Virus record (IMG/VR): IMGVR_UViG_3300031890_000042
Coordinates: 1 to 27,688 of that record
DNA from: a virus
Lineage: Duplodnaviria > Caudoviricetes
Reading direction: 5' to 3' (one strand)
DNA length: 27,688 nucleotides
Below, piece by piece: positions 17,141-26,675 of this stretch. Each line of letters starts with the position of its first letter. Position 1 is the first letter of the stretch. The notes beneath the pieces are model-generated. The model saw only the letters and a list, made by a program, of their open reading frames with translations. It made no database searches and was not told the origin of the DNA. The position numbers were made by a program, and so were the translations under genes.

Positions 17141-17564
17141 TGGGGCGCGACTTTTGTATATCGCGCCCGAGCAGGTCGAGGCGCTATGGCCACATGTGCA
17201 TTATCTAATCGAGCACTCAATCTTCCGGTCACAATCAGATTACACGATCGACAATATCAGGACACGCATTAACGACGGCACCGCGCGTCTATGGATCATC
17301 TGGAACGAAAAAAAGCCGGAACTGATCGCGGCCGCGACCACTGAGTTCCAACTACTTCCTGATGGGCGCCGTGTGCTGGTCATTGCCCAGTTGGCTGGTC
17401 GTGACGTTAATCGGATGAAACGTGACTTCTTCCCCGATCTGGTCCGATACGCCCGCGACGAAAAATGTAGCGCAGTGCGTTGCTACGGGCGGCGTGGATG
17501 GTCGCGCTATCTGAAAGACATCGGCTTCGAGGAAGTCTGGATGTGTACTGAAAGGCCACTCTGA
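17124..17564 (+). CDS. GNAT-fold-like phage protein (P22 gp14 / T7 gp13 position)
   Basis: LWIIW...AAATTE...LVIAQLAG...YARDEKCSAVRCYGRRGWSRYL..GF; lies just before the ejection genes. Confidence 0.65.
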   Translation: MLPARNGARLLYIAPEQVEALWPHVHYLIEHSIFRSQSDYTIDNIRTRINDGTARLWIIWNEKKPELIAAATTEFQLLPDGRRVLVIAQLAGRDVNRMKRDFFPDLVRYARDEKCSAVRCYGRRGWSRYLKDIGFEEVWMCTERPL

Positions 17565-18814
17565 TGGGCGCAAATACACAGACAACTGACCAAACTACAT
17601 CCCAGCAGCAGAAGACGACGGGCCAGCAGAACGTCACGACTGGCGGGACGCAGCAGCAGGGGCCGTATGCACCGACCGTTCCGTATTTGAATAATATTCT
17701 GTCGCAGATGCAGAACCTGCCGACGTCGATCACGCCGTCGCAGTCTACAGCGCTAGCAGGGTTTCAGTCGCAAGCGAATACAGTGCCAGGGTTCGGATCA
17801 CTGGCGGCCGGCGCAATTCCTAGCTTCTTCAACACCGGCTCGACGCAACCGCAGATCGGGATGCTGGGACAGGCCAATGCCGATCTACAGGCAAGGCTCT
17901 CTCCCTACTTTGGGCAGAACTACACGGACCCACTCACCACTCCAGGCCTCGGCGACACGTTGGGGGCGACGCAACGCGATATCACCAATTCGATTGCTGG
18001 CATGTGGTCCGGCGCCGGCCGGCCGCTCAGCACCGCGGGGGGCGGCGCGAGCAATGCAGCAGGCAACTATGCGCTTGCTCGAGGCCTGGCTGCCGGCATG
18101 GGACCGCTCGAGACTGCCCAATACAATGCGCTCGCTGCTCAACAGCAGGGTGCCATCAATCAGGCTTTTGGCGGCGAAAGCCAGGCGGCTCAACAGCAGG
18201 CGATGCTAGGGCAGATCCCGCTCTCGAATGTCTTGAGCGGCATCCAGGGCGCCGGCGCAATCCCAGGCCTGTGGACCGCGCCTGGCGCGACGGCGCTCAC
18301 CGGTGCGAACGTCGGCGCCCAGCTGCCGTGGGAAATGCTGCAGCCCTACATGACCAATCTGACCGACCTCGCGCGTCTCGGCGCCACCGGCACGACCACC
18401 GGCACGCTGGCCGGCACCACCGCCGGCACCATGACGGGCACCGGTCAAGGCACATCGACGACGACACAGCCCATCAATCCGCTGTCGACCGCGCTCGGCC
18501 TAGGCCTAGGCATTGCAGGTCTCGGCATGCCAGGCGGCGGCTCGGTCGGCGGCTCGTTGTTGAGCATGATCCCAGGTCTAAGCGACGAGCGACTGAAGGA
18601 AGACATCCATCCGATCGGCATGCTGTTCAATGGTCTGCCGTTCTATCGTTATCGCTTCAAAGACGATGACACGACGCGCACTGGCGTGATGGCGCAGGAC
18701 GTTGAGAAGGTCATACCAGATGCAGTCCACAATATCGGGCTCTGGAATGGCGGCCCGACCGTCAAGGTGGTCGACTACGCGCGCGCGACTGATCCAACGG
18801 CAATGGCGGCATAG
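17564..18814 (+). CDS. DNA-ejection/pilot-like internal virion protein with C-terminal peptidase S74-like (intramolecular chaperone) domain
   Basis: Thr/Gln/Gly/Ala-rich body, hydrophobic Gly-rich segment, then SDERLKEDI..IG...GLPFYRYRFK...GVMAQDVEKVIPDAV...VDY. Confidence 0.75.
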   Translation: MGANTQTTDQTTSQQQKTTGQQNVTTGGTQQQGPYAPTVPYLNNILSQMQNLPTSITPSQSTALAGFQSQANTVPGFGSLAAGAIPSFFNTGSTQPQIGMLGQANADLQARLSPYFGQNYTDPLTTPGLGDTLGATQRDITNSIAGMWSGAGRPLSTAGGGASNAAGNYALARGLAAGMGPLETAQYNALAAQQQGAINQAFGGESQAAQQQAMLGQIPLSNVLSGIQGAGAIPGLWTAPGATALTGANVGAQLPWEMLQPYMTNLTDLARLGATGTTTGTLAGTTAGTMTGTGQGTSTTTQPINPLSTALGLGLGIAGLGMPGGGSVGGSLLSMIPGLSDERLKEDIHPIGMLFNGLPFYRYRFKDDDTTRTGVMAQDVEKVIPDAVHNIGLWNGGPTVKVVDYARATDPTAMAA

Positions 18815-18823
18815 GAGCAGACA

Positions 18824-19342
18824 ATGGACGGGCCCTTTGATTGGCTGTCAACGCTCTACAATCCAGCGCCGCTCTCAAGCTCGGCGTTCGGTAGCCTGGG
18901 GGCTAGTAACACTGTCGCCGGTAGCAATACCGGACAGGCCTTCAATGACCGCTGGAATACGTTGCTCGGCATCAAGCCACCTAGCCCGCCTCCGCCGCCG
19001 GCGCTTCCGCAAGGTATGACGCGCGGGCTTGGGCCAGTCCAGCCTGGTGCTGCCATTCCAGGCATCGGCGCTCCGGTAACGCCACCTGGCGCTCCAATTC
19101 CAGGCATTGGGCAACCAGCAAATCAACCAGCGCTTCCGATGCCGATCGGCCCACCTGCCGTGCCACTGCCACCTGTTCGTCCTCCACAGGCCGGTCCTCC
19201 TGCCGTGACACCGATGCAAAAGTCGCCTGGCATGTGGCAGGGGCAACAGCAGGCGGCTAATCCATTCCTGCAACAAACCTCGCAAGCGCTGCTGCAGCCG
19301 CTGATGAAGCCGAACTTCCAACCGGTCAAATGGATGGTCTGA
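18824..19342 (+). CDS. Proline-rich low-complexity protein
   Basis: AGGAG RBS; 172 aa; duplicated PGAxIPGIG. Confidence 0.65.
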   Translation: MDGPFDWLSTLYNPAPLSSSAFGSLGASNTVAGSNTGQAFNDRWNTLLGIKPPSPPPPPALPQGMTRGLGPVQPGAAIPGIGAPVTPPGAPIPGIGQPANQPALPMPIGPPAVPLPPVRPPQAGPPAVTPMQKSPGMWQGQQQAANPFLQQTSQALLQPLMKPNFQPVKWMV

Positions 19343-19650
19343 TGACCGACCAAACAAACGGCGGCGCGCCTCCGATTTCGGTGCCGGTGGGCGATGCGAA
19401 CCTGATCAAGACGTTGCAGCATTTTCTCACAATGGCCGAGCGTGGCCAGATTTGCGGCTGCGCGATCGTCGCGCTCGAGACGATGGGCGGCGTACAAATA
19501 GCGCCGGTCGTGCCGCCAAATCCTGGTGCCTTCTATGTGCTGATGGGCGCGCTTACGAGCCTCAGCATGCTTCTTAATATGAAAGTGCAAGAGTTCGCGC
19601 AGCAGCGACAGCCTTCATCGATCCTGCGCCCGAATTTAGGGATGCGCTGA
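19342..19650 (+). CDS. Hypothetical protein
   Basis: TGATG coupling; L..AERGQICGCAIVAL motif. Confidence 0.65.
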   Translation: MTDQTNGGAPPISVPVGDANLIKTLQHFLTMAERGQICGCAIVALETMGGVQIAPVVPPNPGAFYVLMGALTSLSMLLNMKVQEFAQQRQPSSILRPNLGMR

Positions 19651-19651
19651 C

Positions 19652-21607
19652 ATGGCTTTAGAGGACATTTTCGGCCCCCAGGCACAGCAGCAGCTCCCGC
19701 TGCCGTGGCGACGCGGTGCCAACAATACGGCGATGGTGCGTGTGCTGGATGCTCCAGCGCAGCCAGGGCCAGGGTCTGATGTGCCGTTGTCCGATCCGGT
19801 GCCTGGCGTGCCGCACGGAGCGATCCCAGGATTGCTAGGGGTCGGATCGCCTTCAACTCCGCCTGGAGGTCGCCCTGGCCTGCTTGGTATGGGATCGCCC
19901 TGGCGTGGACCTTTTCCATTAGGAACCCATCCCGTGAGTGGCCCCGCCGGCGCGGCTTGGTATGATCCACGATTGTCGCTTGGGCAATACCAAGTAACGG
20001 GGCCGAAGCCGGAAAATGCAGCCCTAGCCTTTCCCCACAGCGGCCCCCCTGTTCCTTTGCCATCCAATCCCGCCGCGCTGACCGGCGGCCAGATGCAAGG
20101 TACGACCGGTGCCGATTGGGCCGGCCTACCTACGGGCCCGATCACGGCGCCAGAGGCGCAGCCCGAGCCTGAGCGCGTTCCTCTCCCGCGGCCTGATGAG
20201 CGGCGCAGCGCAATGGCGCAGGCTCAGGATGGCGGTGGCTTGGGCGGCATTCTCGGCAACTTCCTGCGCAACGCCGGCGGTTTTGTTGATGCCAATCGGA
20301 TGGCGCTGCTCAACATCGGCGCCGGCATGATGGGGGCACAATCGCTCGGCCAAGGCCTCGGCCGCGGTTTCCAGATGGCGGCGCAGCGCGGAGCGCCGAT
20401 GGATATCCAGCTGCAGCAGGTCAACAGAACAGCACAATGGCTGCAGCAGCAGTTCCCGAACATGACGCCCCAAGAAGCGATGATGTACGCCAACAATCCG
20501 CAGGCCATGCAGCAGATCATGACCTACTCGATGGGCATGCGGCCGATGCAATGGACGCAGATCGGAGAGGATTGGCTAGGCAACAAGCGGTTTGGATTTG
20601 TTGATCCTGTAAGCCACCAGATCATTCCATTCGAGGGTTCGAGCCCGATGGGCGGCATGGGCGGTGCCGGTGGCGGCGGCGGCACGATCGGCCAAGGCGG
20701 TCCAGCAGAACCTCCGACTGGCGAGGCCGGCGCAACCGGTGCCGGTCCAGATGCTGCTCGGGCTTATCTCAGCCAGTTCCCAAAAGAGATACAAACAGCC
20801 GTTGAAGACTATGCTGCTGGTCGCACAATGCCAACGGGCCGTGCCGGTATGATCCAAAACGTCCAACTGATCGCACGAACCTACGGTAGAATTCTGGGCA
20901 TACCGGTCGACGATAGTTCGTTCTTCGCCCGTAAAAACCAACGTACGCAGTTCGGCGCCACCGGCGCTGGCACTGCTGGTGGGCAAATCAATTTTGCCAA
21001 CACCTCGATCGGCCACCTTGCCGACATGAGCGACCAGGTGCTGAAACTTCCGAATGTCGGCACCGGCTGGATGGGATGGGCCCCAGGCTCAGCTCAAGTC
21101 GCTCACGGCATCAATCGCGCGATGGGTAGCGAAGGCCAATATTCGCCCACTGTGAATGCCTTCAACGACATTCGGGAACGCTATGTCGCTGAAATCACAA
21201 AATTCTATTCAGGCAGCCCAGGCGCCGAAGCAGAGCGGCAGCGCGCAATCGATGTCTTCGATAGTGCGAAGACCCCCCAGGAGCTCGCCGCTGCAATTGA
21301 GGCCGAGGCCCATCTTATGCGGGCGAAGATGTCGGCTCTAGACTCGCAATGGCGCGACGTACAAGGGCCAGGAACGGCGCCCTTTGTCACCTTGAAACCA
21401 GAAAGTGCTGATGCTCTCCGTCGCATTGAAACAAACGTTGCAAAAATTCGCGGGCAACCGGCACCGACTACTCCTCCTGGCGGACAGCTCAAGCCTATGC
21501 CGCAGTCAGTGATTGATGATGCCAGGAACGCTCTTAGGCAAAACAAGCCGCGCGATCTCATCATCCAGCGTCTGCAGCAGCAGGGCTACGATCCATCAGG
21601 ACTTTGA
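19652..21607 (+). CDS. Internal virion / DNA ejection protein
   Basis: 651 aa; Pro/Gly-rich N-terminus, ALLNIGAGMMG..SLGQGLGRG segment, helical C-terminus ending DARNAL...IIQRLQQQGYDPSGL; synteny. Confidence 0.65.
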   Translation: MALEDIFGPQAQQQLPLPWRRGANNTAMVRVLDAPAQPGPGSDVPLSDPVPGVPHGAIPGLLGVGSPSTPPGGRPGLLGMGSPWRGPFPLGTHPVSGPAGAAWYDPRLSLGQYQVTGPKPENAALAFPHSGPPVPLPSNPAALTGGQMQGTTGADWAGLPTGPITAPEAQPEPERVPLPRPDERRSAMAQAQDGGGLGGILGNFLRNAGGFVDANRMALLNIGAGMMGAQSLGQGLGRGFQMAAQRGAPMDIQLQQVNRTAQWLQQQFPNMTPQEAMMYANNPQAMQQIMTYSMGMRPMQWTQIGEDWLGNKRFGFVDPVSHQIIPFEGSSPMGGMGGAGGGGGTIGQGGPAEPPTGEAGATGAGPDAARAYLSQFPKEIQTAVEDYAAGRTMPTGRAGMIQNVQLIARTYGRILGIPVDDSSFFARKNQRTQFGATGAGTAGGQINFANTSIGHLADMSDQVLKLPNVGTGWMGWAPGSAQVAHGINRAMGSEGQYSPTVNAFNDIRERYVAEITKFYSGSPGAEAERQRAIDVFDSAKTPQELAAAIEAEAHLMRAKMSALDSQWRDVQGPGTAPFVTLKPESADALRRIETNVAKIRGQPAPTTPPGGQLKPMPQSVIDDARNALRQNKPRDLIIQRLQQQGYDPSGL

Positions 21608-21610
21608 TTG

Positions 21611-23776
21611 ATGGGAATGTTTGACGATATTCCCTCCGGCGCGCCAGGTGCTTCAGCCCCGCCAGCTGGTGGCATGTTCGCCGACATTCAGCCGGCCAAG
21701 CCGGACTTCGGCTCGGACGCCTACATCAGCTCGATGGCGGCCAAACACAACGTGCCGCCTGGCCTCGTGCATGGCTTGGTGCATAATCAGATGGGCCAGG
21801 CCGGTGTCACCAGCGTGCCGCTTGCGGGCGCGCTCACGACCCGCATGGGACCGGCGATGTCCGCGACCTTTGGCGGTGGGGCTCCAGGCGCGACCTGGGG
21901 CGAGCGTTACGGGCGCAACCTCGCGCTCGAGCAGGAGGTGCAATCTGACTGGGATGCGGCCCATCCGATCGGCTCGACCGCGGCGCACCTCGCTGGCGGC
22001 CTCGCCGGTACCGGCAGTATCGCTGCCAACCTCGGCACGCGCGCGGCCTCAAGCCTCGGTTCCAAACTCCTCGGCATTGTCGAGGGTGGTGCATGGAAGC
22101 AAGCGGGAGCTGGCGCGCTATCTGGAACCGCGCTGAACACACTCGATGCGTTGGCGCGCGGGGAACCGATCGGACCGGCGGCCACGACCGGTGGCCTCAT
22201 CGGGTTTGGTGCTCCGTTTCTTGGGCGCGCTGTAGGCACGCTTGGCCAAGGCGCTGCTCGCTTTGCTCGTGGCGGAACACCGCCATCGGCGCCGCAGAAC
22301 GTCACGCGCGTCGGTAGCGTCGATGTCCCGATCTCGGGTGGCCAAGCGAGCGGCGATGTCGTGCAGCAAATGCAAGAACAGGGCGCCCTTCGAGGCGCTT
22401 TGGGCCAAGGGCCGGCCGATGTGGCCAAGGGGTTCTTTCAGGGCGAACAAGCGCCCGCAGCTGAGCTCGCCCGCGCCAGGATCGGAGAGAGCCTCGACCC
22501 CTATCACCAGGCTGTTGCAACCTCGCCGATCGAAGCCGGCGAGATTGTGGGCCAGGACGTCGGCGCGCTCGCTCGGGCATCGAAGGCGAACTATCAAGAC
22601 CTCTACAAGCAGGCGCTTGCGCTTCCTGGCGAAATCCATGCCGGCGCTTTCGAGGGCATCGGGCAGCGCATCAAGGGCGAGCTCTCGATGTCGCGTAATC
22701 CTGTCGTCATCGATGATGTGACGACACCGATCGCCTCACGCATGGTGCAACAGATCGACAACCAGATTAGCCAACTACGGGTGCAGAACCGCGCTAGTCC
22801 ATTCGGCGCACCAGATCCGCAGCGCATCGTCGGCATCAATCTCGCTGGCATCGACCAGACGCGCAAACAGCTCATCGCGATGGCGCGCGGAGCTCAGGCC
22901 GGCTCAGCTGATGCCCGCGCAGTAGGTCGCGTGATCGGCGAATTCGACGGCCAGGTTGAGGACGCTATCGCGGACGGGTTGTTCACAGGCGACGATCGCG
23001 CACTCGACTTGCTGCAGGACGCGCGCGCCGCCTATTCGCAGCATCAGAACCTTTTCAAGGCACAAGGGGCTGGTGACGATGTTGGACGCGCGATGGAGCG
23101 CATCGTCGGCATGCGTAACCGCGATCCAGCCACGCCGAATGAAATCGCAAACTTTCTCTATGGCGCCGGCAAGGTGGGCAGCAGCGGTTTGTCAGTTCGG
23201 CTCGCCGATCACATGCGCGACCTCCTCGGGGCCAATTCCGAAGGATGGTCGGCGATCCGGCAAGGCCTGTGGGCACGGCTCACCCAGGCGACCGAAGGTA
23301 CCACTGAGATGGGGCCGCAGAAGATAGCCGGTCGCGTCGGCGAATTTCTCAACGGTTCCGGCGCGCCGCTTGCGCAAGCGATGTTCTCGCCGGCCGAGCG
23401 CAATATGATGAACCAATATGCGGCGCTGCAGCGTCAGCTCATTCCAGCTGCGGGCGCGGTCAATTATTCAAATACTGCCGGCACATTGCGGATGATATTG
23501 GGGCACACCACACGGGCGATCGGCGCCGCGCTAGGTATGGGCATGGGCGACTTTACAGGCGCCATCTTTGGGCACTTTGCAGGACAAGGCGTAACGAAGG
23601 CAACGCAGGCGCTGGGTGAGCGCTCGCAGGCCGGTATGATTGCGCGTTCGCTCTATCGCAAGCCGGCTCAGAACGCTGCTGATGCCGCCTTCATCCAGCG
23701 GATGGGGGCCCTTGGTTCAGCGGTGGCCAGACCGTTGGCGTTGCCTCCCTCCGTTCCTGCTCTTCAGCAGCAGTAA
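21611..23776 (+). CDS. Internal virion / DNA ejection protein (P22 gp16 position)
   Basis: N-terminal MFDDI/MFADI repeats, Gly/Ala-rich membrane-active-like segments, helical core, NYSNTA motif. Confidence 0.65.
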   Translation: MGMFDDIPSGAPGASAPPAGGMFADIQPAKPDFGSDAYISSMAAKHNVPPGLVHGLVHNQMGQAGVTSVPLAGALTTRMGPAMSATFGGGAPGATWGERYGRNLALEQEVQSDWDAAHPIGSTAAHLAGGLAGTGSIAANLGTRAASSLGSKLLGIVEGGAWKQAGAGALSGTALNTLDALARGEPIGPAATTGGLIGFGAPFLGRAVGTLGQGAARFARGGTPPSAPQNVTRVGSVDVPISGGQASGDVVQQMQEQGALRGALGQGPADVAKGFFQGEQAPAAELARARIGESLDPYHQAVATSPIEAGEIVGQDVGALARASKANYQDLYKQALALPGEIHAGAFEGIGQRIKGELSMSRNPVVIDDVTTPIASRMVQQIDNQISQLRVQNRASPFGAPDPQRIVGINLAGIDQTRKQLIAMARGAQAGSADARAVGRVIGEFDGQVEDAIADGLFTGDDRALDLLQDARAAYSQHQNLFKAQGAGDDVGRAMERIVGMRNRDPATPNEIANFLYGAGKVGSSGLSVRLADHMRDLLGANSEGWSAIRQGLWARLTQATEGTTEMGPQKIAGRVGEFLNGSGAPLAQAMFSPAERNMMNQYAALQRQLIPAAGAVNYSNTAGTLRMILGHTTRAIGAALGMGMGDFTGAIFGHFAGQGVTKATQALGERSQAGMIARSLYRKPAQNAADAAFIQRMGALGSAVARPLALPPSVPALQQQ

Positions 23777-23987
23777 TGGGTGGAAACTTGCGCTCGAGCC
23801 ACAGGACTAGGCCCATGAGCGCGGCCATAATGCCGAGGCTGATTAAGACACCGGTAGAGAGGCCGAAGCTGAGTGCCCACTTAGACACATAGTACAGAAC
23901 CACCATTCCAGCCGCCTGTGCCAGAAGCTTGAACAGACGCGGATAGTGGAAGACGGGCTCGCCCCGCCGCACATCTTTGTAGAGCAT
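23691..23987 (-). CDS. Small two-TM membrane protein on the opposite strand (possible superinfection exclusion / moron)
   Basis: ATG at 23987 preceded by AGGGGGAA; 98 aa with two hydrophobic stretches; fills the 23777-24002 gap between + genes. Confidence 0.55.
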   Translation of the reverse strand: MLYKDVRRGEPVFHYPRLFKLLAQAAGMVVLYYVSKWALSFGLSTGVLISLGIMAALMGLVLWLERKFPPITAAEEQERREATPTVWPPLNQGPPSAG

Positions 23988-24002
23988 GGAATTCCCCCCT
24001 AG

Positions 24003-24977
24003 ATGAGCGACCAATCCAGCACATTCGACCTCAATGCGCAATACCCTGAATATATCGGGCGCACCGGCACGCTCGAAAGCGGCTGGAACCCGCACAACGT
24101 CACCGGCAGCAATCGTGGGCTTTTTCAGTGGGGCCCACCCGAAGAGCGGATGTATGGCATCACCAATTGGCTCGATCGCGGTCAGCAGATTTCGGCACTA
24201 AACCAGGAAGCAGGCAGAAATTACAAGGCACTCAATTCGGCACTTGGCCAACCTCCGACCGGAAGCCAGCTCTATCTAGCTCATCAGCAAGGGCTCGGCG
24301 GGGCACGGGCCCTGCTCACGGCCGCACCAGATCAGCCCGCTTGGATGGCAGTCCGGCCGTTCTATAAGTCCGATGCCGTCGCGCAGAGGGCGATCAGCGG
24401 CAATATTCCCAGCAATCATTACCTGTTCGGCAGCGATCCCAGCAAAGTCAGCGCCGCTGATTTCCGTGGCCTATGGGACGCCAGATACAATCGAACTCCC
24501 TACGAACCGAGCGTCGTCGTGGGCAATTATCCGCCCCCTGGAGGGCCCAGTGGTGGCGGGGCGGGCTTGGGTGGCCTAGTCGCGTCCAGCGCGCCTGGAG
24601 GCATCCTGGCGATGATGCGAGGCACTGGCGGCGCGCTAGCCAGCGCTGCCCCACCGGCGGCCGGCGAGCCTCCTCCCCCTGCCGCGCCGCCGGCTCCTTC
24701 TCAGCAGGGCCAGGGCAACCCCCTCGCAGGCCTCGGCGCGCAGCTCGCGCAGCAGCCCGAGCTCGAGCCGGCGCCCATGATGCAGCTCAGCCCGATGGCG
24801 CCCCCAGCGCCGATGATGATGCCTCCGACGCCGCCGCCGCTCACGCCGCAGACTGCCATGGCTACTCGCCTGGCGAATATCATCGGCGCCCGCGGCGGCG
24901 GGCTTCCTGGTGGCCGGCCGATGCCGCCGACAGTCGCGCAGCGGATCGCGGCGCTGATGGGACGAGGAGTGGTCTGA
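24003..24977 (+). CDS. Virion-associated lytic transglycosylase / lysozyme-like protein with Pro-rich tail
   Basis: Catalytic-type LESGWNP, GLFQW and LYLAHQQGLGGA motifs. Confidence 0.75.
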   Translation: MSDQSSTFDLNAQYPEYIGRTGTLESGWNPHNVTGSNRGLFQWGPPEERMYGITNWLDRGQQISALNQEAGRNYKALNSALGQPPTGSQLYLAHQQGLGGARALLTAAPDQPAWMAVRPFYKSDAVAQRAISGNIPSNHYLFGSDPSKVSAADFRGLWDARYNRTPYEPSVVVGNYPPPGGPSGGGAGLGGLVASSAPGGILAMMRGTGGALASAAPPAAGEPPPPAAPPAPSQQGQGNPLAGLGAQLAQQPELEPAPMMQLSPMAPPAPMMMPPTPPPLTPQTAMATRLANIIGARGGGLPGGRPMPPTVAQRIAALMGRGVV

Positions 24978-25513
24978 TGGCGAAGGTTACCGTAGCCCCA
25001 AAGCTTGAGCGGGTTCTAGCATTACTCAGATATTCTGAGGAGACTGGAGACCTACGTTGGACAGGTTTTGGGCAACAGGGCAGAGGCACACACAAACGGT
25101 CAGGCCGCGCTGGTCATGTTCACGCGCCGACGAAGGCAAAGAATAGGCCATACGTTCGGGTGACAATCGATGGCGTGCGCTACATGGCGCATACGCTAAT
25201 CTGGTACATGCAAACTGGAGAATGGTTGTGGTGCGAAATAGATCATTGCGACGGCAATGGTCTCAACAACAGATGGAACAACTTAAGACGCTGTACGCCA
25301 TCGCTGAATAATGGCAATCAGCATTTCCGCAGCGACAATACTTCTGGCGCAAAGGGTGTCTGTTACAAAGGCGATGCGTATAGATCACGTCCATGGGTGG
25401 CTGTTTGCGAGGGCCGCCATATTGGTTATCTCGCCACCGTCGAAGAAGCCGGTGCAGCATATGATCGCGCTGCTAAAGAAGCATTTGGCGACTTCGCTTT
25501 GACGAATAGCTAA
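24977..25513 (+). CDS. HNH homing endonuclease with C-terminal AP2-like domain
   Basis: Start 24977 (TGATG); YMAHTLIW, EIDHCDGNGLNNRWNNLR, NTSGAKGV, EEAGAAYDRAAKEAFGDFA. Confidence 0.9.
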   Translation: MAKVTVAPKLERVLALLRYSEETGDLRWTGFGQQGRGTHKRSGRAGHVHAPTKAKNRPYVRVTIDGVRYMAHTLIWYMQTGEWLWCEIDHCDGNGLNNRWNNLRRCTPSLNNGNQHFRSDNTSGAKGVCYKGDAYRSRPWVAVCEGRHIGYLATVEEAGAAYDRAAKEAFGDFALTNS

Positions 25514-25526
25514 AGGAGTACGTGTC

Positions 25527-26675
25527 ATTGCACTCTGGTCATGGTCGAAGACGCCGGCGAACAACGCAACGGCTGACACCAGTATGAATTGGGCTGAGGG
25601 TATGGCCCCGAGCCTAATCAACGACAATATCCGCGCGATGATGGCGAGGATTGCCGAATGGCGCGACGATATGTCGGGCGTGCTGACGACCACCGGCACC
25701 GGCTTGCCTTACAATCTGACAACCAATCAAGGCCTGTCGACGCCGACGCCAATGACTGGCCAGGCGATTGCTTTTAGCGTCAATATCGCAAGCCCGCTAA
25801 ATGCGACCTTGGCGGTCGATGGTGGGAGTTCGTATCCGCTCAGAGTTGGGGGCGCTGGAGTTCTCGCGGGCGATTTGGTTATCGGCTTCCCATACACTGC
25901 GGTTTTTAGCGGCACGGCTTGGCTGCTGCGTGACTTCTATTCGCTGCCGCCATCGCCGGCCTTGATCCCGATCGGCGGCCTCATCGATTGGACGAGCGCA
26001 ACGCCGCCGACCAATTTTGCTTTCGCAAACGGCCAGTTTATTCCGCAATCGACTTACAACGCACTTTATGTCTTGTTCGGCCCAAATCGGTTTGCCACTG
26101 ATGTCGGTGCTACGTTCGCGCTTCCAGACCTCAATGGCCGCGTCGTCGCCGGTCTCGACAACATGGGAGCCGGCGGCAGCGGTGCGGTCCGCATCAACGG
26201 CGCTGGCGGCATCAGCGGCGCCTTGGCATCAGCCGGCGGCTACAACACCCATTCACAGACGATCCCTGAAACGCCCGTGCATTATCATTGGGGCCGCAAT
26301 GACGGCGGGGCGAGCCCAGGCACTATGAACAACATTAGTTCTGCATTTGCTTCGACTTCCCATATCAGCATCACAGACACCCACACACATAGCCTTCCAG
26401 GCATTGGATTTGCCGATATTTGGGCGCAGGCCGGTTTTGCAGGACAAGCCGGCACTGGGATTGGGCTGGTAGCAACACCCTGGCCAAGCGCCACTCTTGG
26501 CACAAATGCGGGTGCTGTTACTGCAGCCTTGGACAATGCTGCGCTCGCCAGCACGCTCGCCAACAACACCTACGTCGGCAACGGCACTGATTTGTCCGGA
26601 ACATTCTCAGCCGGAACTGCAATGTCGTTCATGCAGCCCACCATGTGCCTCTACAAGATCATCCGGATCCTCTGA
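25527..26675 (+). CDS. Tail fibre protein with tail-collar domain (probable ATT start)
   Basis: WSKTPANNATAD..NWAEG..PS.IND..RAMMA attachment-type N-terminus; collar motif IPIGGLI...PTNFAFANGQ...Y.ALY...TFALPDLNGR; C-terminal MQPTMCLYKIIR. Confidence 0.8.
   Translation: MALWSWSKTPANNATADTSMNWAEGMAPSLINDNIRAMMARIAEWRDDMSGVLTTTGTGLPYNLTTNQGLSTPTPMTGQAIAFSVNIASPLNATLAVDGGSSYPLRVGGAGVLAGDLVIGFPYTAVFSGTAWLLRDFYSLPPSPALIPIGGLIDWTSATPPTNFAFANGQFIPQSTYNALYVLFGPNRFATDVGATFALPDLNGRVVAGLDNMGAGGSGAVRINGAGGISGALASAGGYNTHSQTIPETPVHYHWGRNDGGASPGTMNNISSAFASTSHISITDTHTHSLPGIGFADIWAQAGFAGQAGTGIGLVATPWPSATLGTNAGAVTAALDNAALASTLANNTYVGNGTDLSGTFSAGTAMSFMQPTMCLYKIIRIL

Noticed and set aside
24473-24976. N-terminal extension of the HNH ORF given in the ORF track (346 aa)
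   Set aside because: Overlaps the transglycosylase gene in another frame and is Arg/Ala-rich noise; the coupled ATG at 24977 is the better start
24960-25530. Group I intron carrying the HNH gene
   Set aside because: Flanking genes look complete, and there is no non-coding room for an intron core on either side
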